Shown: piece after piece, positions 1-13,964 of the stretch | Numbering within the stretch: position 1 is the stretch's first letter | Layout: each line of letters starts with the position of its first letter | Made by a program: the position numbers and the translations under genes | The notes under the pieces: generated by a model | The model's database searches: none | The model's input: the letters and a program-made list of their open reading frames with translations, nothing else | What the model was told of the DNA's origin: nothing | NCBI RefSeq assembly: GCF_963676685.1 | Contig: NC_092348.1 | Coordinates: 12,214,001 to 12,278,000 of the forward strand | DNA from: Mytilus edulis | Taxonomy: Eukaryota | Direction of reading: 5' to 3' | DNA length: 64,000 nt

Positions 1-3000
1 ACCAGCACTTGCTCTTAATCAGGGTAGGTAACGTAATTGCATTACTAGTATATAGTTTATTAAACATGGCTGTGCTATTATATACAATATGCGCCAGCGC
101 TTGATCTATAAAATGTTAATTACGGTTAGAGATATTCTGATTTCAACATGCAATTTTTTTATATATATATTACTTGTTTTTATAAGTTAAAATATTGATA
201 CAATAAATGTTTATTTAGTGATTGTTATATTTTTTTACTCCTCCAACAGACAGCCCCCTTTATCGCACCAGCCCACGCACAAGCATACATTGTTCCAAGT
301 TCAATTTATTGCAGTAAATCCTATCTTTTTGTTTGATTCTTGAAATGATATAAATACATTGTAAATGAAGGGTTCATCAATCGCCAATCCCATATTTTTC
401 TAATGCGTGTCAACATAAGACTTAAATCTAATATCAGTAACCCAGTTACATAATATAACCATTGACGTATAATGATAAACGGGTATTTTGTTGACATCTT
501 TTATAATTCTATACAAAAATTAAAGTATTATATAATGACGTTGACGTAGTTGGGTAGGATCGTTTCATTTACAAAAAACCATTAAAATCATTCAGTCAAA
601 AGTGATTTGTAAAATAGATATTCAAGAAATCTGTCCTCAAATTTTTAACATGTTTGAAGTATCTAGTACTTTTGTCAAATTTAGTTTAGATTTTTAAGTG
701 TAACAGTAGAAGCCTTATAAGACTTGAACATTTTATTATATTATTTTCCATATTTTATGTGAAATTTTACAGTTATGGGTATAGATATGCTGGTGTCTAT
801 TTTGGTGATCGGACTGGTCTGCACATTTTACACAGCTATTGTAAGTTTCGCCCTTTTATCTCTCGAAGAATAGTAATGCATTAATTATTTTGTTCCCCTT
901 TTTTCACATAAAAATTCAAATATAATTTCGATATATTTAGAAAGTATTTTTTAAGAAACTTACTTAGAACTATTTGGCATAGGAATTAAGAGAATACGAC
1001 CCATTATATGTAGATTAATACTTTTGTTGTAATGCATTATATGTAGATTAATACCTTTGTTGTAATGCATTATATGGTCCTATTTGACAATAACAATTTA
1101 TAACAGTTTGGAGGAAAGTCAACTTCTGGCCCGATCCAGATGATTGTTATGTATTAAAAAAATATATACAACAGGCAACGATTGGATCCTCAAATGATTT
1201 TTTAAATGTAAAAAAATAGTTCGAGAATGTACATGCAGAGGGCTTCACCATTTAAAATTAATATGTTCATATCGATGCGTAGTTACATTTTCCAAAAAAA
1301 AAAATAATCAAAAGACGCATACATTCTGAGGGTGTCTGTGAATAGCTTTATAGGAATATCGAGATCTCTTGTACAAAATATTAAAATACATTATACCGAG
1401 TATGTTATTTAACATAAAATCATCAACATTAAACATATTTGGTAAATATTGTTTTGAGTCGGCATACAGTACATGAAGTCTTATGCACTAAGTTCTGACA
1501 TGAAAATTCAAAATGTGTTTTTCCATGTCTATTCCAAGGGTGGACTAAAAGCAGTAATGTGGACAGATGCTTTTCAAATGATTATTGTCTTTGCTGGGTT
1601 GATGACACTTATAATCAAAGCCACGATAGAAGTGGGTGGAATAGCAAAGGTCTTCGAAAAGGCGTCAGCGGGTGGAAAACTAGAAATTGATAAGTAGGTA
1701 TATATTGTTTCTGTTTGTTTAATCTATTGATTAATTTCACTAGTAATTATTGGGGGGGAAATTTGAATAGAGTACGAGGTACACCACTTACAGAAAAAAA
1801 AATAGAGCTTCTTGCAAAAAAGTTTATATAGAGATTTTCTGTATGCGTTTTTATTATGAACTGTTTATGCTACCTATTGTAAAATTGCTAACGCAACTTT
1901 AATAAATGTATGTTAATTCCCGTCGCTGCCGAAGTTTTGATGAGACTTGTATACTTAAAAAAACAGCGCATTTATGAAAATTGATACTAATTAAAAAATT
2001 ATTCAGATCGTAAGTAATTTTAAGTAATTGGCCATGATCTCTTGTAATGTTAAAATCAAAAACGATGAAAAGTAACCGTATAATATGATGACTTTAAATT
2101 ATAGTTTTGATCCCAGTCCTATGGTGAGACACACGGTCTGGACACTTATACTTGGTGGCTTCATGACAGCACTGACCGTGTATGGCGGAAACCAAGCTAT
2201 GGTTCAACGATACGTCAGCATGAAGAACTTACGAGGAGCTCAAACGTATGTTAAATGATAAAAACTTACGAGGAGCTCAAACGTATGTTAAATGATGACA
2301 AACAAACACTTACGAGGAGCTCAAACGTATGTTAAATGATGACAAACAAAAACTTACGAGGTGCTCAAAGTATGTTAAATGATAAAAACTTACGAGGAGC
2401 TCAAACGTATGTTAAATGATGACAAACAAAAACTTACGAGGAGCTCAAACGTATGTTAAATGATGTCAAACAAAAACTTACGAGGAGCTCAAACGTATGT
2501 TAAATGATGACAAACTAAAACTTACAAGGAGCTCAAACGTAAAAACTATGTTAAGTGATAACAAACGCCCGGTCATCAAGTGGTCTAATAAAAAAAACCA
2601 GTTGAAAACATGTATTATTCTTTTATTATTGTTAACCGTTTATAAAAGAGTAGCGAAAGATACCAGAGGGAAATTCACACTCATAGATCGAAAATAAACT
2701 GATAACGTCATGGCTAAAAAAGAAAAAGACATACAGACAAATAATATTACACAAGACATAACATAGAAAACTGTAGAGAACGCAAATTAAACCCCAACAA
2801 AACCACCAAAGTGGTGCTCCGGAAAGGGTAAGCAGATCCTGCTCCACACGTGGGATAGGAATTTTTATCTCAAGCAATGAAATTCAAAAATAATACGGTA
2901 ATAGAAACTTTCATTTATACAAATTCTCATTAGTTTCAAGAAACCAACACTTAATATTATATTATATTTTAAAGATCTCCTTCTTTTGTTTTTAACATTG

Positions 3001-6000
3001 AAGTTTTCATTTCTTTATTTGATAAAAACATTGATATAAATTTCAAATATTAGAGTCAATCATTCAAATGGAAGAAGTTTACATGTACATCTAGTTTCTT
3101 TTAATAAATATAATTTCCTATATTCTTCTAGTGCTTTGTACCTACAGTTACCAGCAAGTATAGTATTTACATCACTGCTTGTTTACACTGGACTTGTCTT
3201 GTTTGCAAAATACGGAGACCAAAGTCCTGTGCCATGTATAATTCCAAAAGCAGATCAGGTATTTAGAACTAGTCCGTCTAGCTATAGAGTAATATCTATT
3301 ATTGTTATATGTTAAAACCTCTGTTTCAGACGTTTTTACGAATCTTTTATCTAAAAGTATGATGTTTTCTATTTGCATTAAATTATCCAATATTATAACA
3401 GATTATATTTTGTTGACACAAGGCAATTCATAAGAGTGTATTTTCTCCTAAATAACTCAAGCTCATATGGCGTAAGAGTCCTTATCTGAATTTTATTTCA
3501 TATTCCGCAGATAAATCATTGAATTGTTGGACTTACATATATTGCACGCATTTAAGTTTTTACTTCTTAAAATGAGACTAATGAAAATTTTTAAGTCCTA
3601 GAGAAGACAAAAATCATCAACACCTGAAACAGAAACAAATTATACAAAAATACATATTTATATATTCAAATCCTGCTCGCGATTACAGCTCTTTGATAAG
3701 CCTGTGTTTTTACACAATTATGACACTGTTCATTATGGGCATGTATGTTTCTCTTTAGAAGCAATACTTTATAATAATAAACACCTTTATATATAGATCT
3801 GTTCATTTGGCTGGACAATTTCATTTTTATTCCAAGAGCGGTAAAGTTTTAACTTATAACTTATAACTTCTAATCCCAGAAAGCTAGATCATCTTAATTA
3901 TATATTTCCCTCTGATACGATTCAGGCTTATAGTGCTTACAAAATTCCAAAATCGGGTGTCCTTTATCATTTTAGTTCAATTTAATTATGTTTCATTGCT
4001 TTTATAAGCATTAAACACGAATACATGTTAACTTACTAAATACCTTACTTTTTACAGTTAATACCATATTTGGTAATGGATGTGTTAGGTAATGCATATG
4101 GTGTACCAGGCTTGTTTGTTGCCTGTATATTCAGTGCATCCTTAAGGTGAGTTTATATCATATAATTTAAAGAAATAAAGAAATGAATGATATTTCCAAA
4201 GCTTAAAGACAGATGGGAACATTGAAAAATTATTTAATTTGCATCATAATCCACGTCCTAGTTTATCAATTAAAATCACAAAAAAACGAACCCTAATCAA
4301 ACGGCAAAATAAGCTCAAACACAACATACGAATGGATAACAAATGTCATATTCCTGACTTGAAAAGGATAAGAGGGAACCAATTTTGTCAATTCACCCTT
4401 TTTCTGATCACAATAATGTAAAAATAAGTAACTGTAAAGTCATATGCTTTATTATAAAACTCCATCAAGGAGTTTTCTTCTTGTTTTTTTTCTTTCTAAC
4501 GTTGTAAACAAATATCTACACGTAGTAAAAAAGTAAAATAACAAAAAATACAGAACTCAAAGGAAAATTCAAAACAGAAAGTCCCATATCAAATGGCAAA
4601 ATCAAAAACTCATAAATATCAAACGAATAGAAAACAACTGTCATGGATTTCCTTATGCAGATAATGGTGGATTGAACCATGTTTTATAGCTTTTTAAACG
4701 TCTCACTTGTAATTCCATTCAATATTTTATTAACATTTGCATGACATTTGCATAATATTAGATATATTGACAACAATGTGTGAGCAAAAAAAACCAACAG
4801 ACATAGTAAGCGATAATTCATCTTCAGAGATGTAATTTTCACATAAAAATGTCGGCTGAGTAATTAGTACTTTTAATTGCCCACATAATCGCAATTGTAA
4901 AATACAAGGTTATAATCAGAGGCTAAATTGTTTACAAACCCCTCTGAAGCATCGTTGTTCTCAATAATCTGTTTTATTTTAGTACAGTGTCCTCCGGTGT
5001 CAATGCTCTTGCCTTGGTATTTATGACAGATATCTTCAAACCAATTTACAAGAAAATAACTCTAACAGAAGTTAATGAAAGTAAAGCAACAGTGTATTCA
5101 AAAGTGGTTGCATTACTTTATGGCCTATTGACGATTGGACTGGCATTCCTGTCGCAGTATTTTGGAACTCTTATATTACAAATTTCCTTAAGTATCTTTG
5201 GAATGGTTGGTGGCCCGTTGCTGGCGCTTTTTGTGATGGCTTTGTTCTTCCCGTGTATAAATTCACTGGTGAGTAATATAGAAGTTTTAATAAACTAAAG
5301 AGGTGTGAAAAGAATCCAGTATAACCTTTATATGACACCCAGCACCCTGACTGCAGGAAAAGCACAATTTTGTTTATCAAATCCAGGTCATACTATCTGG
5401 AAATTTAACTGCATATATGTGTGTTGTGATGCATTTGGATTTCTAACCATGGAGAAATTGACACTCTTGATGAAAAGTTGGGTGCAAATAGAAAAAAAAC
5501 AAAGACTTACTCAAACAGATAGTCTAACCACTTGAACAACGTAATATAAATAAAGGTAACTTCGGTACTTCGCTGTTCAAAAGTCATAAATCGATTTAGA
5601 GAAAACCAAACAGAGTTACAAACTAAAACCGCGGGAAACACATCAACTTTAACAGGATAACAACAAAACAACAGAAACTCTGAAATGCAACAAAAACATA
5701 TGACAATGCAACAAACAAACAAACATAAAAACTATTACAACTGTCCTGACTTGGTACAGGACATTTTAATAAAACATATAAACATATAGAGATTAAAAGT
5801 ATAAACATATAAACATATCATATATTTCAATTTAATACTATAGGCACGCATTTCTATTCAACAAATCGCATAAGAGTTGCAAAATATATCTTAAGTCCGG
5901 ACGGTTGACTGGTGTGTAGATATAGTCATTCGAAATGGTCCTAACCTGCAGCCTGAATGTGTTGTCGGGTTTTTTTTTACTATACATTGAAAACCTGTTG

Positions 6001-9000
6001 GTGACCTTCTGCTGTTGTCTGTTCTATGTCGGGTAGTTGTCTATTTGACACACTCCCCATTTCCATTCTCAATTTTATCCTCGTAGAGGAATAGTGCCAA
6101 CCTTTTTGTATGTGAATGAGTCATAGCAACAGCTCATGTAAGTTACTGCAACAAGCAAGACAAAATATCAACCTTATGAAGCATATATATTTAATCTCGT
6201 CATGAATATGTAGAATCAGGAGACTAGACGTCAATAAATCAAAGCACTCGATTTATCGAAATATATTTCTGATGGGAGAAAAGGTCCACATACTTATCTG
6301 GGTCATTTTATGCTACAATTTGTTCACACTATGTTTTCTCAGATACAGTTCTTATGGCGATAAATCAAGCTTGAAGATCAATGGAAACTTTATATGGTGT
6401 TTATAAACGAACTGATGTTATTGATAAAAAGAAAGTTATGTATCGGAAGCTGCAATTGATGCATCTTGTCGATTTTATTTTTTAAACAAGTTTATATGAG
6501 ATGTGCATCATATATTGTGCCACTAGAAATGAAATGATATCTAAATAGATCACCAAATATATCATCTTCTATATAACTTACCAGTGAATTTTTCCTCTTA
6601 TAGATGATGTGTTCACCTCAGTTTTAGTTTTTACCCGGATTTGTTTTCCTTCAATCGGTTTATGACTTTCTAACAGCGGTATACTGATGTTGCCTCTAAT
6701 TATCAATATAATAGAAAAAAAACGTATTTTTTGTCTCTGTAATTGTGCAATGACATTTGATTACAAATTTGAAAAGTCAATTATGGTAGATTCAAACAAG
6801 TAATTTCTATTGGCTACGATCTATCTTTTTGGTTTATACATATTTATTTATAGTGGATTGGGAAACAAGTTTTGCAACTTATATTAATCCCTTTCCACTT
6901 TGCGGGAGCGAGTGCTGCCTTGTAGCGGCATTAGCCTAATCTTTTTCAAAATCTACAAGGGTGTCTTTGACGTGCAAGAGATATGGCTCTCTCTTTACAC
7001 GGTTCAGCCATTTACCGTCCCCTTCCGACGGACTATCATCGTTTCCTCGAGACCATACTCGCAAATGGTGTCAAGGGAGAGCCGAAAATTCAGTTCCTGA
7101 AATTTTTATCCCAGACGGGCATCGAACCAGGAACATTTGTGTCAGAAATCCGATGCACTAATCACTACACCTCTATCTTTTAGGGTGCTACTGTAGGAAT
7201 GATATGCAGTTTGACATTTTCATTTTGGCTAGCCATTGGAACTATTGCGAGTCGACCAAGTCCGCCAACATATGCATGTCCAGTGGATACAAATACCACT
7301 TTGACCAATTATACAACACATTGGACCACAAACTATACAACACTTAGCACGACGACTGCTTTGTATAACTCATCTACAGATATTGAAAATATTCAAGTCG
7401 CTGCAGCTGAAAAGTAAGTCTTTATACAATAATGAGAGATAGAATTTAACGAGAATGTCTCCAACGATTTCTTAATTGTAATTTTTGGTATTCATATTGG
7501 AAATGGTTAAAACGAATAATACTTTTTGTAACAGTTGAAAAGTTTATTTGCTGATGTTATTAAAAGTTGGTATTATTATGCATTGAGTGTTTCTTGCGAA
7601 AAAAAATAATATCAAATTGTTTCTGCATTTGTTGTATCTAGGACAGGATTACAGACATTTTATAGTATCTCATACTTATGGTATAGTACACTTGCAGTTT
7701 TAGTGGCAGTATCTGTAGCACTATTGGTCAGCTGCTTTTCGGGTAAGTAATCAACCGATCATATATTGTGCCAGTTATGACCTTCATTTTATACAGGTTT
7801 TGCTTTTGAAACCTGAATTTAGCAGATATTTTATTGTATTTATAGAAAAAAAACTATTGTTGTTCTACGAAAGAATATACTTGCGCTTTTTGGGTTCATG
7901 TTACTCCCGTAGTTTTGACCATTCTTTATATTCAAATCGAAATAAGATGCAAATATCTGTTACCCACCGTTTATAAGTCATTAGTCTTAAGACAGGAGCC
8001 TTTTCAGAGTATGTTGTTGATTTATTTAAAAATTAGAATATGTGGTATAAATACTAATGAGACAACTCTCCACAAGAAACTAAATGACAAAGAAGTTAAC
8101 AGCTATAGGTTACGTTACGGTCTTCAACAATGAACAAATTTCAGACGATATAATCAGATATATATGGCACAGAGATGAAATAACTGCCCTATTTTTATAC
8201 ATCATAATGATCGAAAAACAAATATAAAATAGAGTAACAAACGACAACCATACACTGAATTAAAGGCTTCTAACTTTGAACTTAGGACATACACAATGTA
8301 TCTATTATATTATTTTTTCGTGGATTATTTGCTATACATAAGTCCGTTAGTTTTTGTCAATTCAATTGTTTCATATTTTTTATGTAGGGACCTTTAATTT
8401 TAAAGCCAACTTAACGGTATTTGTTTTCTTTTCGTTTAAGACCGTACTGTTGCCTATTATTGCTTACATCCACTTCGATGGATAGTTATCTCCTTGGCAA
8501 TAATACCACATCTTCATATGTTTAAATAGAAATATATTTTAAGAAGTCTTTTGCCACCATGGTTCTACATTTTTGTTAGTTATACTTTCATAAACTGACT
8601 TTTGTAATGTACATTCTTATTTTTAGAATGGAGGACGACAAAGTATATTGGTATTAAAATGTATCTGGCTCTTTGATAATACCTGATGCATGTGTCTAAC
8701 ATTTATCAGGGACATTCGTTCGTCTTTAACATCTTTGTAGATATATGTGCTGAAAACAAAATTGTATGCAAAAGCATTAGTTTGCAATAATAAAAGTCTA
8801 TTTCCTAAACTGTACAGTCAAGCAATATACAAATGTACCTGCACTGAACTGATTTAAAAGTTGCGAGGCATCAATACATTTTGCTTATTAAAAAAAGATA
8901 AAAATGCAGAGTGTGTTAGAAAAAAGCAAGGATGAGCATTAGCTATAAATATCATGTATTATTCATATTGGTTTTTTTTAGTCTTTAAATCAAAAGTTGC

Positions 9001-11627
9001 TTTCTTTAATATTTGACTTTTTTATCCATGTATTGTAATATAAATTTACACTTGCGCATGCTCTTATTAAAACTATCTTATACAACATTATTTATCTCAA
9101 CAATTATGTATTTTGTTTTATTATTCAAAACCTTTGTGACAAATATTTAGCTCAGTCTACATCTATCAAATTATTTTCCCTTTTCTTTTTCTGGAGTTTC
9201 CCTTTACTTTTTGGGGACAATGTTATCATGTTTTTCCAAAGTTAAGGTAAATGTTAAAATTTCAAGGCTTTGTTTGATTAATTGCAGATTTTGTTTTCTT
9301 AAACCACTTATAGAAGTTAAGCAATTATTCAGTATGAAGCATATTCTAGTGGAGAATATTTTTTCTAGTTATAAAATGTATGATTAATACTATTAAATTT
9401 GTTTTACGAAACAACTAATGATGTTCATAAAATATTTATACAAATTAAACAATTTTTGGTGATTGATAAAAAAATACATGTACATTAAAAAAAAATGGGT
9501 GAAGGTGAAACAATTATGGTATAATATGTATAGCTATACGTAATATATTACAATGCTATAAACATGATAAAAGTGAAAAACAACAACTCATTTTTCAGTG
9601 ACAATTGTACTTTTGAATTTAATGATTGGTGTATTTATTTATGTTGTCTATTTAGTTCTTATTTCTTGTATATACATTTGTATTACACATGTACAGTACA
9701 TGCAGATGCCCACATAATTTCATACTTTTTTTCAATTTAGGTGGTACCAAGAAAAAGCCTGTCGATAGAAGATTATTGTCACCTTTATACCTCTGGATAG
9801 CCTCTCTAGCAAATACATACAATTCAACAGACTTAGAGGTAAGGGAATATATAATGATGCTATGTGACAACTGTAACCTCTTATTTAAAAGAATAGCATT
9901 ATTTGTTAACTTAAACTGTAGATCTATCGGTCCTTATACATATTTGGCTTTCAATTTTTTTCCAATTTTTTCAATAAGAGCGTTCCCGATAAAGATAAAT
10001 CAAGAAATCACCTCAGACGCATAGAATTGTATTTCGTGTTATTGCTAAAGTCAGGGATATTTTTTACTGTATTAAACATTTGTGATTGTAAATTTTTTTA
10101 AAGAGGTTTTCATTCGCTTTATTCCATCAGAAAACATGTGATGCCAATTCACATGAGATTCTCAATTTCCAGCAACCATGAGCATTTACTGTCAGCAATG
10201 TATCATGTACTGAAATTGAAAAAAAAAGATATTGTGTAGCAATGGACGAGAGAGGTGAAATATATCAGAAGAAACTTGGAAAAAAAGTGACAACACCATG
10301 GCAAATAAAAATATTTAAAAACAACAATATACAATACAACAGTATACAAAACACAACATAGAAACCCAAAGACTGAGCGACATGAACCCATCAACAAACT
10401 GGGGGAATCTTCTCTATACAAAACACAACATAGAAAACCAAAGACTGAGCGACATGAACCCATCAACAAACTGGGGGAATCTTCTCTATACAAAACACAA
10501 CATAGAAAACCAAAGACTGAGCGACATGAACCCATCAACAAACTGGGGGAATCTTCTCTATACAAAACACAACATAGAAAACCAAAGACTGAGCGACATG
10601 AATCCATCAACAAACTGGGGGAATCTTCTCTATATATGTCACTGTTTGGTCATATCTGTACTAAGCGAAACGAACCCCTCAACAAACTGGGGGAATCTCT
10701 TCTATATATGTCACTGTTTGGTCATATCGGTACTAAGCGACACGAACCCCTCAACAAACTGGGGGAATCTCCTCTTTATATGTCACTGTTTGGTCATATC
10801 TGTCCTAAGCGAAACGTACCCCTCAACAAACTGGGGAATTCTTCTCTATATATGTCACTGTTTGGTCATATCTGTACTAAGCGACACGAAGCCCTCAACA
10901 AACTGGGGGAATCTCCTCTATATATGTCACTGTTTGGTCATATCTGTACTAAGCGACACGAACCCCTCAACAAACTGGGGGAATCTTCTCTACATATGTC
11001 ACTGTTTGGTCATATCTGTACTAAGCGAAACGAACCCCTCAACAAACTGGGGAATTCTTCTCTATATATGTCACTGTTTGGTCATATCTGTACTAAGCGA
11101 CACGAAGCCCTCAACAAACTGGGGGAATCTCCTCTATATATGTCACTGTTTGGTCATATCTGTACTAAGCGAAACGAACCCCTCAACAAACTGGGGAATT
11201 CTTCTCTATATATGTCACTGTTTGGTCAAATCTGTACTAAGCGACACGAACCCCTCAACAAACTGGGGGAATCTTCTCTTTATATGTCACTGTTTGGTCA
11301 TATCTGTATTAAGCGAAACGAGGCCCTCAACAAACTGGGGGAGTCTTCTCTATATATGTCACTGTTTGGTCATATCTGTTCTTAGCGACACGAAGCCCTC
11401 AACAAACTGGGGGAATCTTCTCTATATATGGCACTGTTTGGTCATATCTGTAATTTCAGATGCATATATTGAACAAAACCGATTCAAAACAGGGCTCTGT
11501 AGACAAGATTAACGGTACTATTAATGAAAATGGTTCGCATACGGGAAATGGAGAGAAAGCGATCATTATAGAAAGAATTCAAAACGGAGAGAAGACAGTA
11601 ATTGTAGAAAGGAGCGAACACTTATAA
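1..11627 (+). CDS. Sodium:solute symporter, SLC5A8/SLC5A12/NIS-like, paralogue 1 (5' part outside the window)
   Basis: GT-AG exons in consistent phase: <1..23, 773..840, 1539..1693, 2105..2245, 3132..3258, 4058..4146, 4983..5268, 7184..7413, 7642..7742, 9741..9838, probable last exon 11460..11627 (55 codons + TAA). SSS-family motifs GGLKAVMWTDAFQ, NQAMVQRY, GLFVACIFSASLSTVSSGVNALA, FGMVGGPLL, FYSISYLWYS. Seven internal exon lengths equal those of paralogue 2. Confidence 0.93.
2226..2566 (+). repeat. Minisatellite, ~8 copies of a 36-45-bp unit containing an exon end and splice donor
   Basis: Unit aacttacgaggagctcaaac|gtatgttaaatgat(gacaaacaa); the first copy is the real donor at 2245/2246. 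Confidence 0.95.
2643..2853 (-). mobile_element. 3' UTR fragment of the Penelope-like element
   Basis: Collinear with 49833..50050 (aaactgacaacgccatggctaaaaa ... acaacatagaaaact ... agcagatcctgctccac). Confidence 0.8.
6830..7171 (-). mobile_element. tRNA-derived SINE (Meta-domain-like core) with 10-bp TSD
   Basis: Minus strand starts ggtgtagtgattagtgc (A box) ... ggttcgatgcc (B box); core gtccgtcggaaggggacggtaaatgg ... tgcacgtcaaagacaccc resembles the MetaSINE domain (from memory); AT-rich tail; direct repeat tctatctttt at 6820..6829 and 7172..7181. Confidence 0.88.
10343..11452 (+). repeat. Bipartite 72-bp tandem array (~4 type A units, then ~12 type B units)
   Basis: Shared half gcgacacgaacccctcaacaaactgggggaatcttctctata; type A adds caaaacacaacatagaaaaccaaagactga, type B adds tatgtcactgtttggtcatatctgtactaa. 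Both translate with a 24-aa period in the ORF track. Confidence 0.97.
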
Positions 11628-13484
11628 ATACAGTCGTAAAGGTACGAAAATAAGGTTAAAGATGATTTATTAGCTTACGTGGTTAAACAAAAAATATTAA
11701 TGTTGTTCAAAATGTTACATGAATGCTATTTCTCAATTGCTTTTTGTTTTAATATTTTGCTTGTTTTAAGTTACATTTTAATTAAGTCTCAAAGCGACAC
11801 AGCATTACGAATATATAATGATAACATTTACTGAATTGTACAATAACACCAGAGTAGAGTTTGGCCTCCAGCAGCAATGAAATGAAATAATTTATCAAAA
11901 CGTGCATCTGTTGCGGTAAATCAGTACCTATAATGTTGTTGTAGTGAATTATCTTTCAATGAGAAGAAACGCACAGTTTGACTTTAACTTTACATCTTTC
12001 TTGCACACCTATCAATATGAGACTGTAATAAAGGTATTTTACCTTTCAGCACACTATTTTATTGCATCGTCTATTCTGGTAGAAAATCTCTTAACAAACG
12101 CATATAAAATGAAATATTTTTTCATTATTATATTAATAGATTACGCAGTGAGTTTTCAATCAAAGAACTGGAGTGAACAAACAGGATGTTGATGGATATA
12201 GCTGTACATTATGGTGACTATAAGCCGCTGATACAAGTGTCCAAGACGTGAACTTTGTTCTATCTGAATATGAACATTTTATGTCTGTTGTAACTGTGAT
12301 TCGTGTGTATGTGTGTCATTTTAACAACTCAATGTTTTAAAAGGGTTGCTTTTAATTTCACTGAACTATTTTAAGTGTATATGTCAGTGTTTATTTTCTG
12401 CAGCGTCTGTACATAAAGTGCAATGGCTATTATTCATTTACTAAAACTTAATTATGTATGTTCCGTTTAAAGATTGTTTCATAATATTTGTAAAGCTCAT
12501 TGTGAAAAATATTACATTTTCATACAATTTACACATATGATAAATTAACAAGTATGAGTCTGAACAAAGAAGAAGTTTTCCCAGTCTAGAAAAAGAAGTC
12601 GATATCTGCAGATTTTTACCATCGCCATTCGAAGAAACAGTGCTAAATATGACGTTGGCAAATTTTCATTCTATAATAAATGAACAGCGGTGAAACTATA
12701 TAGTAAAGTCGAACGTTTTGATATTGTACATAACCTGAACATAATGTCGTTTTCATTATAATTCTTTTTTTTTATATGAAACAACATGACTTGTTTTATT
12801 AGATTATCAACATTGAAGATATAAAAAGGTAGATGTCTAGAAGTGTTAAAAGTGTAAGGATGACCTACTTTGCACATTTTATACACAATTTAAATCATGT
12901 GCACATTATGGGCAGACATTTCTTGTGGAAATTATTCAGTGCAAGTAATATGCTTCATTAAATTTTGTCTGTTTGCTTTTAAGTAATATATGGGCACATT
13001 TCTTGTGCACCGTAACTAATCAAATGTGAAATCTATATATGATAAGTCATTTTTATATCAATTAAATGTTTATAAACTATACTTTGTATCTACATTCATG
13101 TAACACATATACAAATCAAACATTAAAGTGTTATATCTTACAATGGGATATGCAATTTTAGTCATTGTTGAAGGCCGTACGGTGATATATTGTTGTTTTC
13201 GTCTTATGTCATTTGGTCTCTTATGGCAAGTTGTCTCACTGACAATCGTACCATATATTCTTACCTTTATATAAAACAGCAGAAATGCATTAAAAAGTCT
13301 ACCAACATGAAGGATTACATATAGAAAAAATTGTATGGCTACGTACAAATAACCAAAAAAAACCACCTAAAATATATACATTGTACAGTATAGGAAAAGT
13401 ATATGTTATAAATTTTAATGGGATCACTCCAAAGAGGTATTTTGCAAATCAAAAAGAACCCTCAAATTTATTTTAAGAAAAAAT

Positions 13485-13942
13485 TAAAATCACAAAAAAA
13501 CTGAACTCCGAGGAAAATTCAAAAAGAAAAGTCCCTAATCAAATGGCAAAATCAAACGCTCAAACACATCAAACAAATGGATAACAACTGTCATATTCCT
13601 GACTTTGTGCAGATATTTTCTTATGTAGAAAATAGTGGATTAAAACTGGTTTTAAAGCTAGCTAAACCTCTCACTTGTATGACAGTCGCATCAAATTCCA
13701 TTATAATGTGTGTACAAAAAAAACCCAGGACATTAATAGGTAAAAATGTCAAGAATAGGGGTACACAATTTACCATGATAGTACAATAACACAATGACGG
13801 GATGTACAGAGACACGTCCTATATGTACCAAAGATACATAAAAAAGGGCTTTAAGACAAGGTACATTAGTAAAAATGAAAAACAAGAATACAAACATGTT
13901 TTACAATAGTACAATAACGGGATGTATAAGTACAGAGCCACG
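13485..13942. repeat. Dispersed repeat family A, longest copy (others ~4270-4360, 4527-4810, 15270-15600, 22250-22650)
   Basis: Recurring aaaatcacaaaaa..ctgaactccgaggaaaattcaaaa..gtccctaatcaaatggcaaaatcaaa..ggataacaactgtcatattcctgactt. Confidence 0.8.
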
Positions 13943-13964
13943 AATCTACATCTTCAGTCTTCAA

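Noticed and set aside
10343-11452. CRISPR-like repeat/spacer appearance (also 2226-2566 and 22700-23690)
   Set aside because: The intervening segments are themselves repeated rather than unique spacers; eukaryotic context with no cas genes.
10203-11512. ORFs of 376, 249 and 136 aa with repeated peptides
   Set aside because: By-product of a stop-free 72-bp tandem unit, open in several frames on both strands, inside an SLC5 intron.
12141-12152. Alternative last exon of SLC5 paralogue 1 near 12140 (ttaatag|ATT ACG CAG TGA)
   Set aside because: Only three codons; 11460..11627 is closer, in phase and open for 55 codons. Not formally excluded.
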